A DNA stretch of 64,000 nucleotides from Syncephalis fuscata S228. Lineage: Eukaryota > Fungi > Zoopagomycota. Positions 25,629 to 39,719 of the stretch are shown here, one piece after another (positions within the stretch are counted from its first letter, which is position 1; each line of letters starts with the position of its first letter). Both the position numbers and the translations under genes were made by a program. The DNA lies in contig JAHLTZ010000007.1 in assembly GCA_025786725.1 (NCBI GenBank), positions 372,001-436,000 on the forward strand, given 5' to 3'. The notes under the pieces are model-generated. The model was given only the letters and a program-made list of their open reading frames with translations. It did not search any database and was not told where the DNA came from.

Positions 25629-26092
25629 ATGATGCACTTTTGCCCCACCTGCGCAAACGTACTTTTGGTGCGTACGGACCGGTCGCCGCACGAGTTTTTC
25701 TGTCAGACTTGTCCTTATAAGCACCCTATAGAAACAGCGGTATGTATAAGCGAGAGTGATATAATGCTATTTTAGATATTAATAAGTATCTAATACATGG
25801 TATTACCAGGTTGGTGATCGCACTAACTTTCAACGTAAAGAGGTCGATGATGTGCTGGGCGGTGCAAAGGCTTGGGAGAATGTTGATAGCACGCCAGGTA
25901 AGTAGTTTGTATAAGATAGAATGTCAAATAGTTTAACTAACAGCTGTATATCATACTATAGAAACTTGTCCAAAATGCGAACATACTCGCGCTTATTACA
26001 TGCAAATCCAGACGCGATCGGCCGATGAACCTATGACGACATTCTACAAGTGCTGCAACCACGCTTGTGGCTATCAATGGCGTGAAAAATAG
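25629..26092 (+). CDS. RPC11: RNA polymerase III subunit C11
   Basis: Three exons: MMHFCPTCAN...FFCQTCPY / KEVDDVLGGAKAWENVD / CPKCEHTRAYYMQIQTRSADEPMTTFYKC. Not in the ORF track. Confidence 0.95.
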
Positions 26093-26487
26093 TTTATTTA
26101 TTTATGTAGCGACATTTATTACTACAGTGTATTATTAAAGAATATAATGGCCATATTAGACCATTAAATGAAACTGGTTCAATGTAGATTGTGTATTTAG
26201 TTATATAGTGCGTTGTTTGCTTTACTGATAGTAAAATGTAGATATAAATTATCTGTATGTTATATTATATGATGTAGCCATTGTAGTATTTAGAAGAAAT
26301 GACACAAATGGAGATAATAGAAAGTAATTATGATTATAGTTATAAATAATTAATTAATTAATAGTATGTGTATAGTAATGATGTGATTTAAATTGGCCAG
26401 AAAGAGCGTGACGACAGTGACACGCAAACCTCAGACTTAACCATACGCACTTGCCTTCATCTCTATTATTCTACCTTATTAAACAAG

Positions 26488-27599
26488 ATGATTCTCTTGG
26501 AGACGCACAACGTAGTACTTCGCGACACGCTTACAAAGCGTTTCTCCAGGTATAGTCGACTAGCTGAATATTACGTCTAACTAATAGGTTTGTTCAATAG
26601 CGAGCAAGCCGATCCGTTGGATATTACGTTTGTAGATTTTGACAGCGTTACTTACCATCTACATACGCCTACTGAAGAATTCCACCAGCTTCAACTATCT
26701 GTTCGCTGGCGTTGTTTTCCGCAATTATTGTCTTATGGAGCACAGGAGCTGCTAAAACGAGATATGGTGCATTTCTAAGCGAGACGCCCGAGGAAGGTTG
26801 GAATGTTTCCTTTAAAATTGATCCTCGTACTATTGAAGGTAGCAAAGGTAAATAGTTTATATCAGTGTTAATGAATAATAATAATAATAATAACGATTTG
26901 ATTTAACTATTTAATTTAATATTATTATAGATGTTGTTATTCGAAAGTTTTCTTTGCTCAAGCGCAATTTGATGGCAGCAGCATTTGAGCAGGCATTTGA
27001 ATTGCAGAGAAATGGCAGTGTTGGCCAAGAAGTATTAACTGTGCCATATCGTGATGAAGAATCAATATTCATTCGACCACAATCCGATCGGGTCACAGTA
27101 ATATTCTCGACGACATTTAAAGATGAGACAGATCGTATTTTCGGCAAGATATTTCTTCAAGAATTTGTCGATGCACGTCGACTACCAGCTATTCAAAATG
27201 CACCTCAGGTTTTGTATAGCAATAAAGAGCCACCACTTGAAATTCGTCATTTGCCCAATCTGGCCTCTGGCGATACCATCGGCTATGTAACTTTTGGTAA
27301 GGCAATAAATGATGTTGATACCTATTATTAACTCCATCGTATTAATCAACCATTTAATCAACTATTTAGTGCTATTTCCACGTCATTTCGAGACCGATGA
27401 AGCGCGTGAGAAAACCATTGACCAGATCCAGATGTTTAGAGATTATTTGCATTATCATATCAAGTGCAGTAAGGCTTATATGCATACACGTATGCGAGCG
27501 CGTGTAAGCGATTTCTTAAAGGTGATCAACCGTGCCAAACCTGCTCGTGAGGCGGCTGAGCGCAAGACTATTCACGGAAGAACATTTACACCAGTATAA
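26488..27599 (+). CDS. ARPC2: Arp2/3 complex subunit 2 (p34/Arc35)
   Basis: [60 protein letters not shown]. 1-nt frameshift near 26762. Confidence 0.96.
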
Positions 27600-28552
27600 T
27601 GAACTTGTCAATCAATAAATATTGTTTTACTTGTGAATTATGTAAAGCTTAATCTGCTTAGTAAATAGCTTGTGTTTGCTTGAAAAACACTTTAAATCCA
27701 TTTGAGTATTATTATGTATAATCTGTAGCTATAAAAGATGGAAATAGCTAATACAGCTAATATGATTGAAGTGATAAGTTGACGAATATAAATATATATA
27801 AATAAAAGCTGATTCAATTCAAGTGTTGCGTATTATAAGATATGATATTGGTAAAGTAACGAGTATAATAAAAACAAATGTCATTTATTATTACAACTTA
27901 TTATGATATAAAATGCCATTAGTAAAACAATCAACCAACATCAACGTATTATGAAGAGTAAAGCAAAAACTATTAGCTTAACTAAATACAATAGTTATTA
28001 TTATTGTTATTGTAATAAATAATAATGTTAAATTAATAAAATGTAGTAATTATTAAATATGTGTGTGTAAAATTAAAGAAAATAGTTGATTATATTTGTT
28101 AAAAAAGTCAATTGATTATATAGTTATTTTCCATCAACATAGAAAATAATGCTTAAAATAAATCTATGTATTTAAAGTTAATCGTGAGAAATATATAGAT
28201 AATTCAAATTACCATATTTAGTAATGAGCAATATTATTGAATTTCCTATATTCTTTTCTACTATCCTATTTTTATGTGTAAACAATATTAATTTCAATAA
28301 ATGCAACTGAATATTAAATCTAACAAAGCACAGAAATGCAAAGGCAAACGTATGTTACACTCTTTGTGTGCTAGCTGCTCATGCAGGCTTAGCTAGCAGG
28401 TTTTGGCCCAAGTAGTATCATTGGGGATTAAAAGCGGCATGGCCTTTTCAATTTTTATTTCTTCAAAACGTTGTCCACAATTTTATATATCCATTCGTTT
28501 GTATTCATCCACAACCTACTAGCATACTTTTCCTGCCAAACATATATAGTCC

Positions 28553-31500
28553 ATGGAGTCGCTTCCGGCTACCGATAAACCAGACGAGAGCCCGCCAGTG
28601 CAGCAAATTCGGCGCGCTACGTCGGAGGTAGTTGTGGCTAGTCGGCCTGTAGAGACAGACGTTGTTAAGCCGGAAACTAAAGACGACGACGCGCATTCCG
28701 AAGTAGACCGCAATGAAGTGGCCAGTGCTGCCTCAGTACGCCGCTACTCAATGACAAGTGAGCGAGGCTTAAAGGAACGCCCCGGCAAACTGGCCAATAT
28801 GGATGGATATCATACGCGAGCAGTGGATGATCGACAAATTCAATTGTGGTATTGGGAAGATGTGCAGTTATTTGATCTTGTGGAGCGATTTCGCCGACAA
28901 CAGTGTGGCATAGTTAGTGCACCACTAGAGAAAATAGTGAATTATTGACCCCGAACGCGGCACGTAGTATACGGGATAATATTAGTCGTAATAGTGATGC
29001 AATTTCAGTGGCCAGTTCTATTTCTTCGTGTGACATTGACAAAAAACAAACTGCTATTCATTTTGAAGAAGCAATGAACAAATTTGGTGGGTAACAGACA
29101 TTATGTTGATGATAATATCATATTAATGTAACTGTATAATTGGCAGGTTCAAATACACGCGGTGATGCCATTGTAAAGCTGGTCTATGGTGTAAGACGCT
29201 ATGACTTTATTCTCAAGTTTCCCGATCACAATCTCGACGAGAATCAGAACATTATGCGTAAGGCCTATGAAAAGGAACTGTTACGTCGTGGTATCTATTT
29301 GGAGCACGAAGCATGGCCTGATGACAATGCAGTCTACGTCAAGTGCTTAGGTGGCTTTGATGTGCTTGCTCGTGAGGCAGAACGTATTCGTTTACGCCTT
29401 CCATTGACGGTATGTTTAAATGGCAAAATAGGCCACTATTGGCTAAATCTACCACTTAGAATGATATGACAATACCTCCACCAATGCCTGAGGGCCGCTT
29501 CTCATTTTTCCGTCGTCTTTGGTGGGCAATGTTTAGTCATAGTTTACGTGAGCGAGATTCAGACATGTTTCGAGTTGATCGATTGCATGAATTTCTTTCT
29601 ATTCATAAGCCGCGAGATATTTTAAATGGCGGCAATCGACCATCGATGGTCCAGAATTTCGAGGATGACGAAGCACTACGGGACAAAGTGCCGGTCAAAA
29701 AGGGCGGTGAACGAGATATTATGGTCAAGGATGCATCGGACCACTCAGACTCGGATAGCGACGATTCGGACGACGATAATGATAAAGTGCCGCATCTTGT
29801 TCTAGGCGTTGATGATATGGGACCACCTGACGCCTCACAAACAGCTACAGAGGCAGCAAATGATGCTATTAAGGAAAAAGAGAATGGCCAGATTCCACTT
29901 TGGCTGTTAAAAGAGCGACTTATGACTAGTGGATTGCGCAGTTTACTTGTAAGTGGCGGTCAAATCAATAACTAACTAACTGCTTGTACTAACTGTATTT
30001 ATTATAGATTCATTCTATTATTACAACTACAATAGCACATCCGCATGGTATTCGTGTTAGTAAGTGTTAAACTTTAAATATATTTTTATAGCAAACTAAT
30101 TGTTGATTGTAAATTAGGTCTTAATTATTTACTGGCACAATCTATTTATACGGCAAGCTTTCCACCTCATGATGGCGGCCTAACCGATAATGCCAAATCT
30201 GATTCAATGTTTCCAACACCCATGGCCACGCCTGCCGCGTCGGCTCTTTCTTTACAATTGGCCGATACAGAGGGTGTTGCTACTGATCTTGACATAGTAG
30301 GCGCATCAGCAGCTATTGCTGCCACCGGTGATGCTGATCCAGCAAGCGTGACGAATCTACGGGCCTATTTGTATAAAAATGGTCACGTGCAGCGTTGCTT
30401 GCTAATCAGCCGATTGAGTTGGTAAGAGCCTACTTTGGCGAAAAGATTGCTCTTTATTTTGTCTGGGTCGGTAGGTTGAAGCAAAAACAATAATGGCAGC
30501 AGTATAGAATTTAAGTTTAATATATTTATAGGATTTTACACGGTATGGCTGACTGTACCTACCATCATTGGCATTGTATTCTTTATTTACGGTATCATAT
30601 CGTTTGTGTAAGTATATATTATCTTTAGTGCAAATTGTATTGATAATCATCCTGACTATAGTACAAATAAAGAGTATGAAGGCGGAATCCAGGTAAATAA
30701 GCTTCGAGGCCTTGTCGACAATCCAACAACACTACCTTGGGCTCTTATCATTTCATTATGGGGTAAGCTAGCTATGCTAGATCGAAAACATTCCGATTAA
30801 CTAGCTTTATTAGCTGTTTTATTTTTGGAGTTTTGGAAAAGAAAGCATTCTTGCATCGCTTATGAATGGCATATTAGTGATTATGAACGAGAGGTGAATA
30901 GCATACCCAATCAGCTACAAACTATTAATGCTAATTGGTATACTCTATAGGAGCGGACTCGACCCAATTTCCGACCTACCGGTAAGTAGTAGGTTGCCTT
31001 TTCAATGAATCATATTAAACAAAAATACACACACATATATATAGCCATTCGTACCTCTCCCATTACTGGCAAGTTGGAATTATATGTTCCACCACGAGAG
31101 CGTAAAATGCGTCTTGCCTTTCGGCCATTGTCGTAGCTTTTTGGGTATGCTTAAGCTAAATGGCTGTCATAAAGTTGGTATATTAATGTTGCTATTTAGA
31201 TTGCAGCAGTTATTGCCTCGGTTTCAGTGCGAGGACCTCTTGCCGATGCAATTCGTAAAGAGCTTGATGGGAAGGTGGCATCGTTGGTTCCATCCGTTAT
31301 TGGTGCCGTCATAAATTTAATTATTATTATTGTACTCGGACAGGTAAGAGCACATTTAATAACTCACTATTTGCATTACTGACAGAAGCCATCTTATAGC
31401 TATATAACATTGTGTGCCATTGGCTGAATGATCAAGAAAACCACCGGACCTTTACACAGTTTAATGGCAAGTACAGCATATCAGCGTTGCTAACAATACA

Positions 31501-32755
31501 TTAATCATTGAAATAACCACAGATTCACAAATCATTAAGAGATATTTGTTTGACTTTTTTAATTTCTATTCTATTCTGTTTTTCTATGGTGTTATCAATG
31601 TTAGAGTAAGTTACTAGAGGCGTTTTTATTTATTGATGTTAAATATTTTCCCAGAATATCGATAATTTTTGCGGTCCAGATAATACAGACAAGAAAAAAT
31701 GCCAGCCATTACCGTTGACCGATTTAATGATTCAAATGGTTATTATTTTTGTGGGTCGTCAGGCCATCGGACAAGTGCAGGAAATTGCTATTCCGTGAGT
31801 TATTATATTACCGTGCTTAAGCGAGTTTTATTAACCGCTAATTAGATATCTGAAAAACAAGTGGTTGCAGCGTAAAGAGCTTGCTGAACGTATTATGGAA
31901 CATCATACACATAAAAAAATATCAAAGCCACGATATGTTAAGGACGATAAATTACCTGAATATGATGTTGATGAATACAACGAAATGGGTAAGTGATAAT
32001 GCTATACATGCAATCTATTGCTAACTATTGATTCCAGTCGTACAATTTGGTTTTCTTAGCTTGTTTAGTGTTGCTTTCCCTCTCGCACCACTTTGTGCAC
32101 TTATTAACAATGTCGTTGAAATTCGGTCGGATGCATTCAAGCTATTAACTATTTATCAACGACCCCTTGCTTTACGAGCACAGGACATTGGTAAGTAGTA
32201 GTATTTATATTTATATTTCTATTCAATATTATTGACACACACATACATGTACATAAAATAGGCATGTGGTCAAAGATCCTCTCTGTTCTGGCATTAATCG
32301 CTGTACCGGTCAATGCACTAATTGTAGCACTTTCCTCGCAATGGGTTCATGAAAATATCATTCTTGCTTGGGCCAAACAATGGTTTTCTCTTGAATCTGA
32401 CAGTTTTATTAAGATCACTGAAGTAAAACAGAATGGCAGTATTTGGGGAGCACGTCTAGCATTTGTGCTTATTTTTGAGGTAATTGATATAAGAAGAAAA
32501 CAGCAGCAACTGTTGTCTAACAATCTGTTGATTTAGCATTTGGTTTTATTGGTACATCTAGCAGTCATTTGGTTAGTCCCAAGTAAACCAGAAGCAGTCA
32601 CGGTGGCCAAGGAACGAGAGCGCTATCGTCGGGCCATTAAGGTGGATCCACAGCTGATGGCGGAGGACGCCTCGATGGATGACCTCGAGGAGGTTCACCA
32701 GCTGCGTCGTCGCCGTCGCCAACATGGCAACAATTCTTGCTTTTATGTGTTTTAA
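28553..32755 (+). CDS. Anoctamin/TMEM16-family channel or scramblase, many exons
   Basis: [77 protein letters not shown]. Confidence 0.9.
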
Positions 32756-33116
32756 TATCATTGAATCGCATAGTTAATATAGTCTATATGATGCTAAACA
32801 ATGTCTCTATATGTCGATCAATAATGTTGAATTTTTCATCAATAAAAACTCGAATAATTCATTAAATAATCAATCGTTATATAAGCCGATTTTTTAATTT
32901 TTTATAACATTCATTAGTTTACAATAACATATTCTATAATTTATTAAAATCTGATTTCAGTTGGGTTTTGGTTGTTAGTATCATTGTTAAAATAAAGGCG
33001 TTTTACATTATAATATTATAAAATATTCTACATAGATGCGCAATTTGATTAAAACAAAAATGGCTATGTTTATTATTATTATTATAACAATAATCTATTA
33101 TGATTAGATTTTTAAA

Positions 33117-34723
33117 CTAATTCGGGTACAAAGCTAGTAATGAGTGTTGTCTCTTATTCATTAATAGCATATGGCCAAATGTAAATACGCAATATTGCAC
33201 CTTTGATATTGGAAACGTATAAATGTTTACGCTGCCTGTTGCAGCATCAATAATACAGTATTGGTTAGTGGTATAGCTATAACCGATGATCTTTGTATCG
33301 ATAATATGCTGAAATTGATGAAAAGATTTGCATAAGGCATATATATCAATGTGATGCTGAATCTTTCCATTTAATAATAAAACAATTTTTAATGACAAGC
33401 GAAATCGAGAGTAAAATACAATCAGATTATGTCTTGGAATCAAAATAATATTTGTAGTTTCAATTAATCTATAGTCACATTCTAGAATAACTCCTTTGCT
33501 TAACGATATCACTTTAATATAGCATCGCCAATCTCTTCTGATATGACCGGATAAATTCCTGAACGAAATGGCGATGTAATGAAATAATACACGATCAGAA
33601 TCGATTGAATAGAATTTTGGATTATGGAAAACGTTATCGTTGCGTCTTCCCAAACGACTAGATGCGATGGTGGTCGTTGGTGCTCTGCCGTCATCGTTAA
33701 TCATCAATCTGGCATCGGGAAATAATAGCACACGAATTGTTTCATATAAATCTGCTTGATAAGAGTATCTTAAGAATACCATTTCATTGTTGTTTATCGT
33801 ATGTATTTTAAAATATCATTGTAATTAACATTTGGCACATTAAAAAGCTGAGGTTCACATAACTGTGTCTTTAAAAAGCTGCAATGTAATATTTCGGTAG
33901 AACCAGCTGTTTGTGATCTGGAACATAACAAAGAAGTGTCTATAATTCTACCATCCCATCGGTCGCCAAAATCCATAGACTGTAGTAGTTGGCAACTATT
34001 CGGGTTCCATATTTGAAGTACATGAAGGCGCGTTGAAGATAATGAATTAAACCGATTTTCAGTTGATGCGTTTATAAGCTCTTTAGTGCACTCTAAATGT
34101 AGAATTATACGTATGCCGTCATCAGCGCCACCTGCTTGCTGTCGATATTGATAAAATGCTATATTTTCTATTGTTTTAAAAAGTCTTTTATCTAGATCTA
34201 GCGGATAGATTTTGGGCGTATCGCTTAACGATAGTTTAATCAAATCAATCCGCAAATCCAGCCGAGTTGCTAATGCGGTCCAGCCAGGATAGTTTGCAAT
34301 AATCGATTGCTCAATATTTCTTAGTTTTAATGCCCTAAATATATCAAAAGGTTTTAGATGGACCATCGATGTTGGTTTATTCTTTTGCCAATTTGATCCC
34401 ATGTTGACACGTTGATTATATCTTTGAAACCAAGTCAATCTTGATGCATCTTCGTTTTCTGCGTCAGTCACTGCTCCTACTACGTGTTGCTCTTGTCTTA
34501 ATTGCCAGTCTAACCAGTCAATATCCGTTTCAATATCACGAGGGAAGTGTTCTTGATACAGTTTGTGCCATAGACCATCGTAGGTAATAATAGAATTATA
34601 CAGCAATTTACAAGTGCGTGACAAAGCAACCGTGGTAGCTGCTTCACTAAACATTGCTATATGGTGGACTATATCGCTGATTTGCCATATCTTCGGTAGT
34701 GTGTCATTGTTCTGTGCTGACAT
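33117..34723 (-). CDS. F-box-like protein of a lineage-specific family (reading frame broken near 33790)
   Basis: LPKIWQISDIVHHIAMF...VALSRTCKLLYNSII..DGLWHKLY followed by WFQRYNQRVNMGSNW, typical of F-box N-termini. Intronless, in two consecutive ORFs. Confidence 0.65.
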
Positions 34724-36297
34724 GGCGGAAGTAAAACAAATAGACAAAGTAGTCGCTTGCAACAGGAGAGGCCTTTGAGCCAAACTGAACAATGCGATTG
34801 GCTGCAAGTCGAATGCGTCTAGGTTGAATAATTTATGTTTGTAAATACTTGTTTTTAAACAGACTGATTTATATAATTCAATTCAATTTAATATTTACTT
34901 TTTCTAATGTGCTGAAAGCTGATATATTTTATAATATGCTACACTCTGACATAAAGTAGTTTTTATTTATTCTTGCTTATTTCCTTCCTACACTCATTAT
35001 TTTACCGGCCATTTTTAAATATCATCATGAATACAGTCCGCCGCTTGGAAATTGCATGAGTCCATATTGACTCTATTACTATCGCGTTGGTTGTTTTGAT
35101 TTAGTAGTATAACCAGCATTAGTGCCCATGACTAGCCGTTGGTTGGATTTCATGACTCTATGTTTTACCAACCTATATTTAAATACGCGTCATTTCTCAC
35201 TATTTGTATTTGAGTCTTTTATTATTTTATCAAAGTAAATAGGTGCTTTTAGACGATAAATACATTATATGAATACCCATAAGTGCTTCTATTGCTCGTT
35301 GTTTTGTGATGCTACTGGCAGCTAACAAAAGTTGCTGTTTACATAGCTGGACTGCCCTACAATTACTTTACTCTTGCCTCAAACTGTCTATTCTTTATTC
35401 AGCCGCTGCGCTTAATTCCATTCTAGCATGAATACTTAAAGCTATGCTATTAGCAGTGTTGTTGATGTTCACTCTTGTAGTTCAATTCAAATGATAAATG
35501 TCTTTAAAAAGAAATCAGCTTTACTACATGTCAACGGCATAACTAATAAACAATGCCATATTACCACTACACTCGTCTGTTTATTCTACTGTCATAATAG
35601 TGCTACTGTGTTTCTATTTGTATTACTAAAATAGTTTCAGCCTCATTTACATGCCATTGAGTGCAGTTTATCATAAGCTTATGTACCAAGCCAGTCATTA
35701 TTACTACAAAACATCACTGTTATATAATAGCTTAAAAGTATGTAATTACTTATGTTATCCGTAGCATTCTATTTGCATGTTGCATTATTTTTTAACTTTT
35801 AAATTTATCTCCAACCTATACTCATTTTACTATATACTGGCCATTTTTACTAATAAAACAATTCATTTATTACTAACTGTATTTATTATAAAATTCAATA
35901 ATTTAATTCATTAGTCTTATTCAGTCGTATAGATTATCACTTGATTATTATTAATACTCATTCATTTGCTTTTATTTGTTTATTTCATTAATTACGCTTA
36001 TTGGTAGAATCATTTATTGTTGTTGATTGTATTCTTTGTAGATTTTGATTTGCTTCACTTGATCCTACCACATCCACATACTATACTTTATCATTAATAT
36101 TCCAACACTTTATTCAGTTATTCATTTGAATTGATAATACTCTAATAGCTTGCAGCTACATTTTTATTTTAATAACAAGTAAAAGCACTAGACTGAATAC
36201 ACAATATATATCCTATGATGGCACGTGAATCTTAGCGGTATGTTAGTTTATCACACACTGTCACAATTGTATTGATGGACATGAAATAAAATCTACT
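34521..36297. repeat. Left arm of a ~1.8 kb near-identical inverted repeat
   Basis: Reverse complement of 45500-47278 with only scattered substitutions. Confidence 0.95.
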
Positions 36298-36434
36298 TCC
36301 CCTCTATCATGTTGATCGTTTCCGTTCCCATCTTGATCTCACTAACTCGACTTGTCCGTCATTCAGTTAACTTAAATCTTCTTACTATTATTCGTTAGTA
36401 TTGCCTTTATTTTGTTGAGCAGCAACATTTTAAA

Positions 36435-37526
36435 ATGACTGAACGAGACCGTACCACCTTGTCACCAACACAGTCAGCGTTTAGTACGCTGTCTACTGCA
36501 GAGCTGATTGCTCTGTATGGACCACCGATCGATTTGACCAACGGCTTCAGAGGAGTCGCTCCCGAACCTCATTTATGCCAGGACATTCAGTCACAAACTG
36601 TTCGTCCTGATATTTCAACATATATTCCGTTGTCAAGACGAAGCTCTCGCAGTTCATTAAATTATAATTTGCCTATCACAAATCTCACTTCTGGTAAGTG
36701 ATAATACTTTATTATCAGTTACTATTTGCCCAGTGGCTTATTTTTACAATTTATCTATTTTACTGTAACAGCCCCCCCAACAACAACAGCACCAACTACC
36801 AACACGACTGCTGCTGTCAGTCCTATTTCTTCTTTATTGCCTTCATTAAATCGTCAGAGTATACCAGCTAGTGCATTTAGTTCCAGACATGAAGACGTTA
36901 TAGTCATTGATGACGACGACGACGACACTACTGACACAAATGTTAACATAAACGCTAATTCAAGTAGACGCAGTCCACTGGCGCAGCAATCGACACAGGG
37001 TCGTAAACGAACACGTGAAGAGTTTGAAAATGACGGCGGTAACAACAGCAATAATAATAACAGTGCCCATCAAACTGTAGATAGATTGGATGAGAATACA
37101 ACTGCATTGTCTTCCCAGTCATTGTCCAATGCTGCTGACGGAACAACATCCCAACGGATATCGTCAAAAGCCAAGCGAAATGCTTATATTCGAATTAGCA
37201 ATCCGGAACAAGGAAGTAGTACGGTTACCGCCACCAGTCAGCCATCAACTACGTCCAGTGCTGACAAATCACAATCTAACCAGCAAGAAGCAGTGATACC
37301 GCATCGTTGTCGCCGCCGCCCAGTATTTAAACCATTTATTTGCAGTATTTGCTGGGAGCCGCCTAAAGACATGGGCACAACAAGCTGTGGCCATATATTC
37401 TGTCGTAAGTGTATTCTTACCGCCTTGGACGCAAAGGCGGCTTGTCCTATTTGCCGACGAAAACAAAAAGCCCATCAATTAATTTTTTTGGAATTGAAAT
37501 TACGAGTATCACCAATACTAGTATAA
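36435..37526 (+). CDS. RING-finger E3 ligase with SUMO-interacting motifs (RNF4/Slx8/Rfp-like STUbL)
   Basis: C-terminal C3HC4 RING (CSIC...CGHIFCRKC...CPIC). SIM-like PIDLT and VIVIDDDDD in a disordered N-terminus. Intron 36694-36770. Confidence 0.8.
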
Positions 37527-37626
37527 CAGTTTTATGGGCTATTTAATTTTCGTTGTACATTAAATTTATTAATAAAATAAAATTGTTTAATTACAATAAA
37601 AAGGGAAAACAAATGTTGGGGTAGTT

Positions 37627-37657
<31 letters not shown>

Positions 37658-37693
37658 GAAATACTGAGCGATATCTAAGCATCGATAAACAAA

Positions 37694-39719
37694 TTATGCT
37701 TCACCACGCATAATTCCAATTAACATATAAATGTTAAGGCCAACGAGAAGTGCAGCGATGACACCGCCTGCGATACAAAGAGGCATTGAATTGGCAAAGT
37801 GCTTTTCAGGCTCTATCTTTTCTTGTGTAGTGGCCGATCTGGACAACGAGCCATATACTTTAGTGGCAGCTGACATAAATGACGCTTCCTTCTTTATGGT
37901 TTTTGGCGACAACGTAGACTTGCTAATAGTAATGTTGTCGCTGTTATTATCTGCGGCACAACAATCGTCCAAAGACTCGCAAACGATAGCAGTAGATTCC
38001 ATGTCTGCCGTCTTGCCATTGTCATTTCGGCTTTCTTCATGGCTTGGTCTGTCGATACGGGTGCTAGTTTGTGAGTTTGAGTCGTCTTCTAGACCAACTG
38101 GGCGCATAATTCGTTTGGAGCTGGTAAACCAGATCAATGGTATCATAGCAAATGGTAATTGGACACTTAATGCAACCTGACTGATGACCAATAGATTAGT
38201 GACACCGCTGCGTCCACCAATGATGGCCACAATCAAGGCGGGGATGATGGCGCATGATCGAGTGACGAGTCGACGCAACCATGGACGAATAGTCATACCA
38301 ACAAAGCCTTCCATTACAATTTGACCGGTTAGTGTGGCGGTCAGTGTACTTGACTGTCCAGCGATGAAAAGAGCAACAGCGTATAGAATAGCAGCAGCAG
38401 TGCCAAGATAATGGCCAATTAGGTGGTAGGCATCATACAAATCGGCCGGATCACCGTCGGAACCGTCTTTTGATAGTTTGTCATGAAAGCCGCCAGCACC
38501 AACAATAAGAATTGCAGCATTAATAAATAGAGCTAAGCATAATGCTAATACACAGTCTAGCATGGTAAACTTAATTGCAGCATTGATAGAAGTAAAGGTG
38601 GCATAACCAGGACGACGTTGGCGCTTTGCTGGATCGGAAACAATAGGTGCAGCGGTTCAGCATTGCTTGAAGTGTTCGATTTTGTCGCCTCTTCATTATT
38701 AGGCATAAAAGCACGGGCCTGTACGATCGATGAATGCAAGTAGAGATTGTGAGGCATAACAGTAGCGCCAACAATACCCATAGCTAGATAGATACGTTCA
38801 GGTTCGGTGAAGAGTGAAGCTTCAGGTAGAAAGCCTCGTAGCACTTCCATGGCCGGCGCTTGGACATAGGCCAGTTCTACTGCAAAGCAAACACCCACGG
38901 CAGTCACCATAGCAATAACAAGCCATTCAAACATACGAACAGCCGTCAGTGTACCGTTTTGACGGTAGAACATGAGCAGAATAAGCACGTCCAGTCCCAT
39001 TAGTACTACACCAGCTGGTAATGGTAAACCAAATAGCAGATCTAATGCAATGGCACTGCCGATAACTTCTGCCAAATCTGTTGCGATAATGGCAAGCTCG
39101 CAAACAATATACAACACCCAGTTAAGCCATGGTCTGAATTCTTCACGGCACATACGGGCCAGATCCATGCCAGTGACGACACCCAGCTTGACGGACATCA
39201 TTTGAAGGATGACCGCCGCAATATTAGAGAAGAAAATAACGGTAAGTAGTGAATAGCCGAATTTAGAGCCAGCTAACAATATCAATGGTTAGCACAAGTT
39301 AAATGGACTGCATAGCTGAACAGCAATACCTACCTGCTAAATCGGTCGCCCAATTGCCAGGATCCATGTAACCAACAGCAATGACTATAAATAATTAACA
39401 CAGATCTGATTAATATTTCTTTTTTTTCGACCCGAGATCCTCCGATACTTACGATAACCAGGACCAACAAACGTTAAAAATTTCTTTAGACGTTGCATGT
39501 TGCGACGCATCTGCGCTGGAATAAGCTTTCACGGCCCGTATGAATAGGCAGATCATTATCAAAATCATCTGGCTTTTCATTGAATACTGTTGAATGAGTC
39601 AACGTATGTGTCAGGGGAGAGTGCTCAGGCGTAAATAAAGATTTTGTTTCAGTTATAGAGTGTGCTGTTTTTCTGGACTGGCCAGATGTTGACGGCGGTC
39701 GTGTAGCTTGCGAGTCCAT
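37694..39719 (-). CDS. NRAMP (Smf-type) divalent metal transporter, canonical
   Basis: GPGY, GYMDPGNWATDL, DLAEVIG, GATVMPHNLYLHS, GQSSTLTATLTGQIVMEGF. Apparent 1-nt frameshifts. Confidence 0.93.

Noticed and set aside
37628-37656. (TAA)n and similar microsatellites (also ~26875, ~25447)
   Set aside because: Ordinary simple repeats in AT-rich DNA
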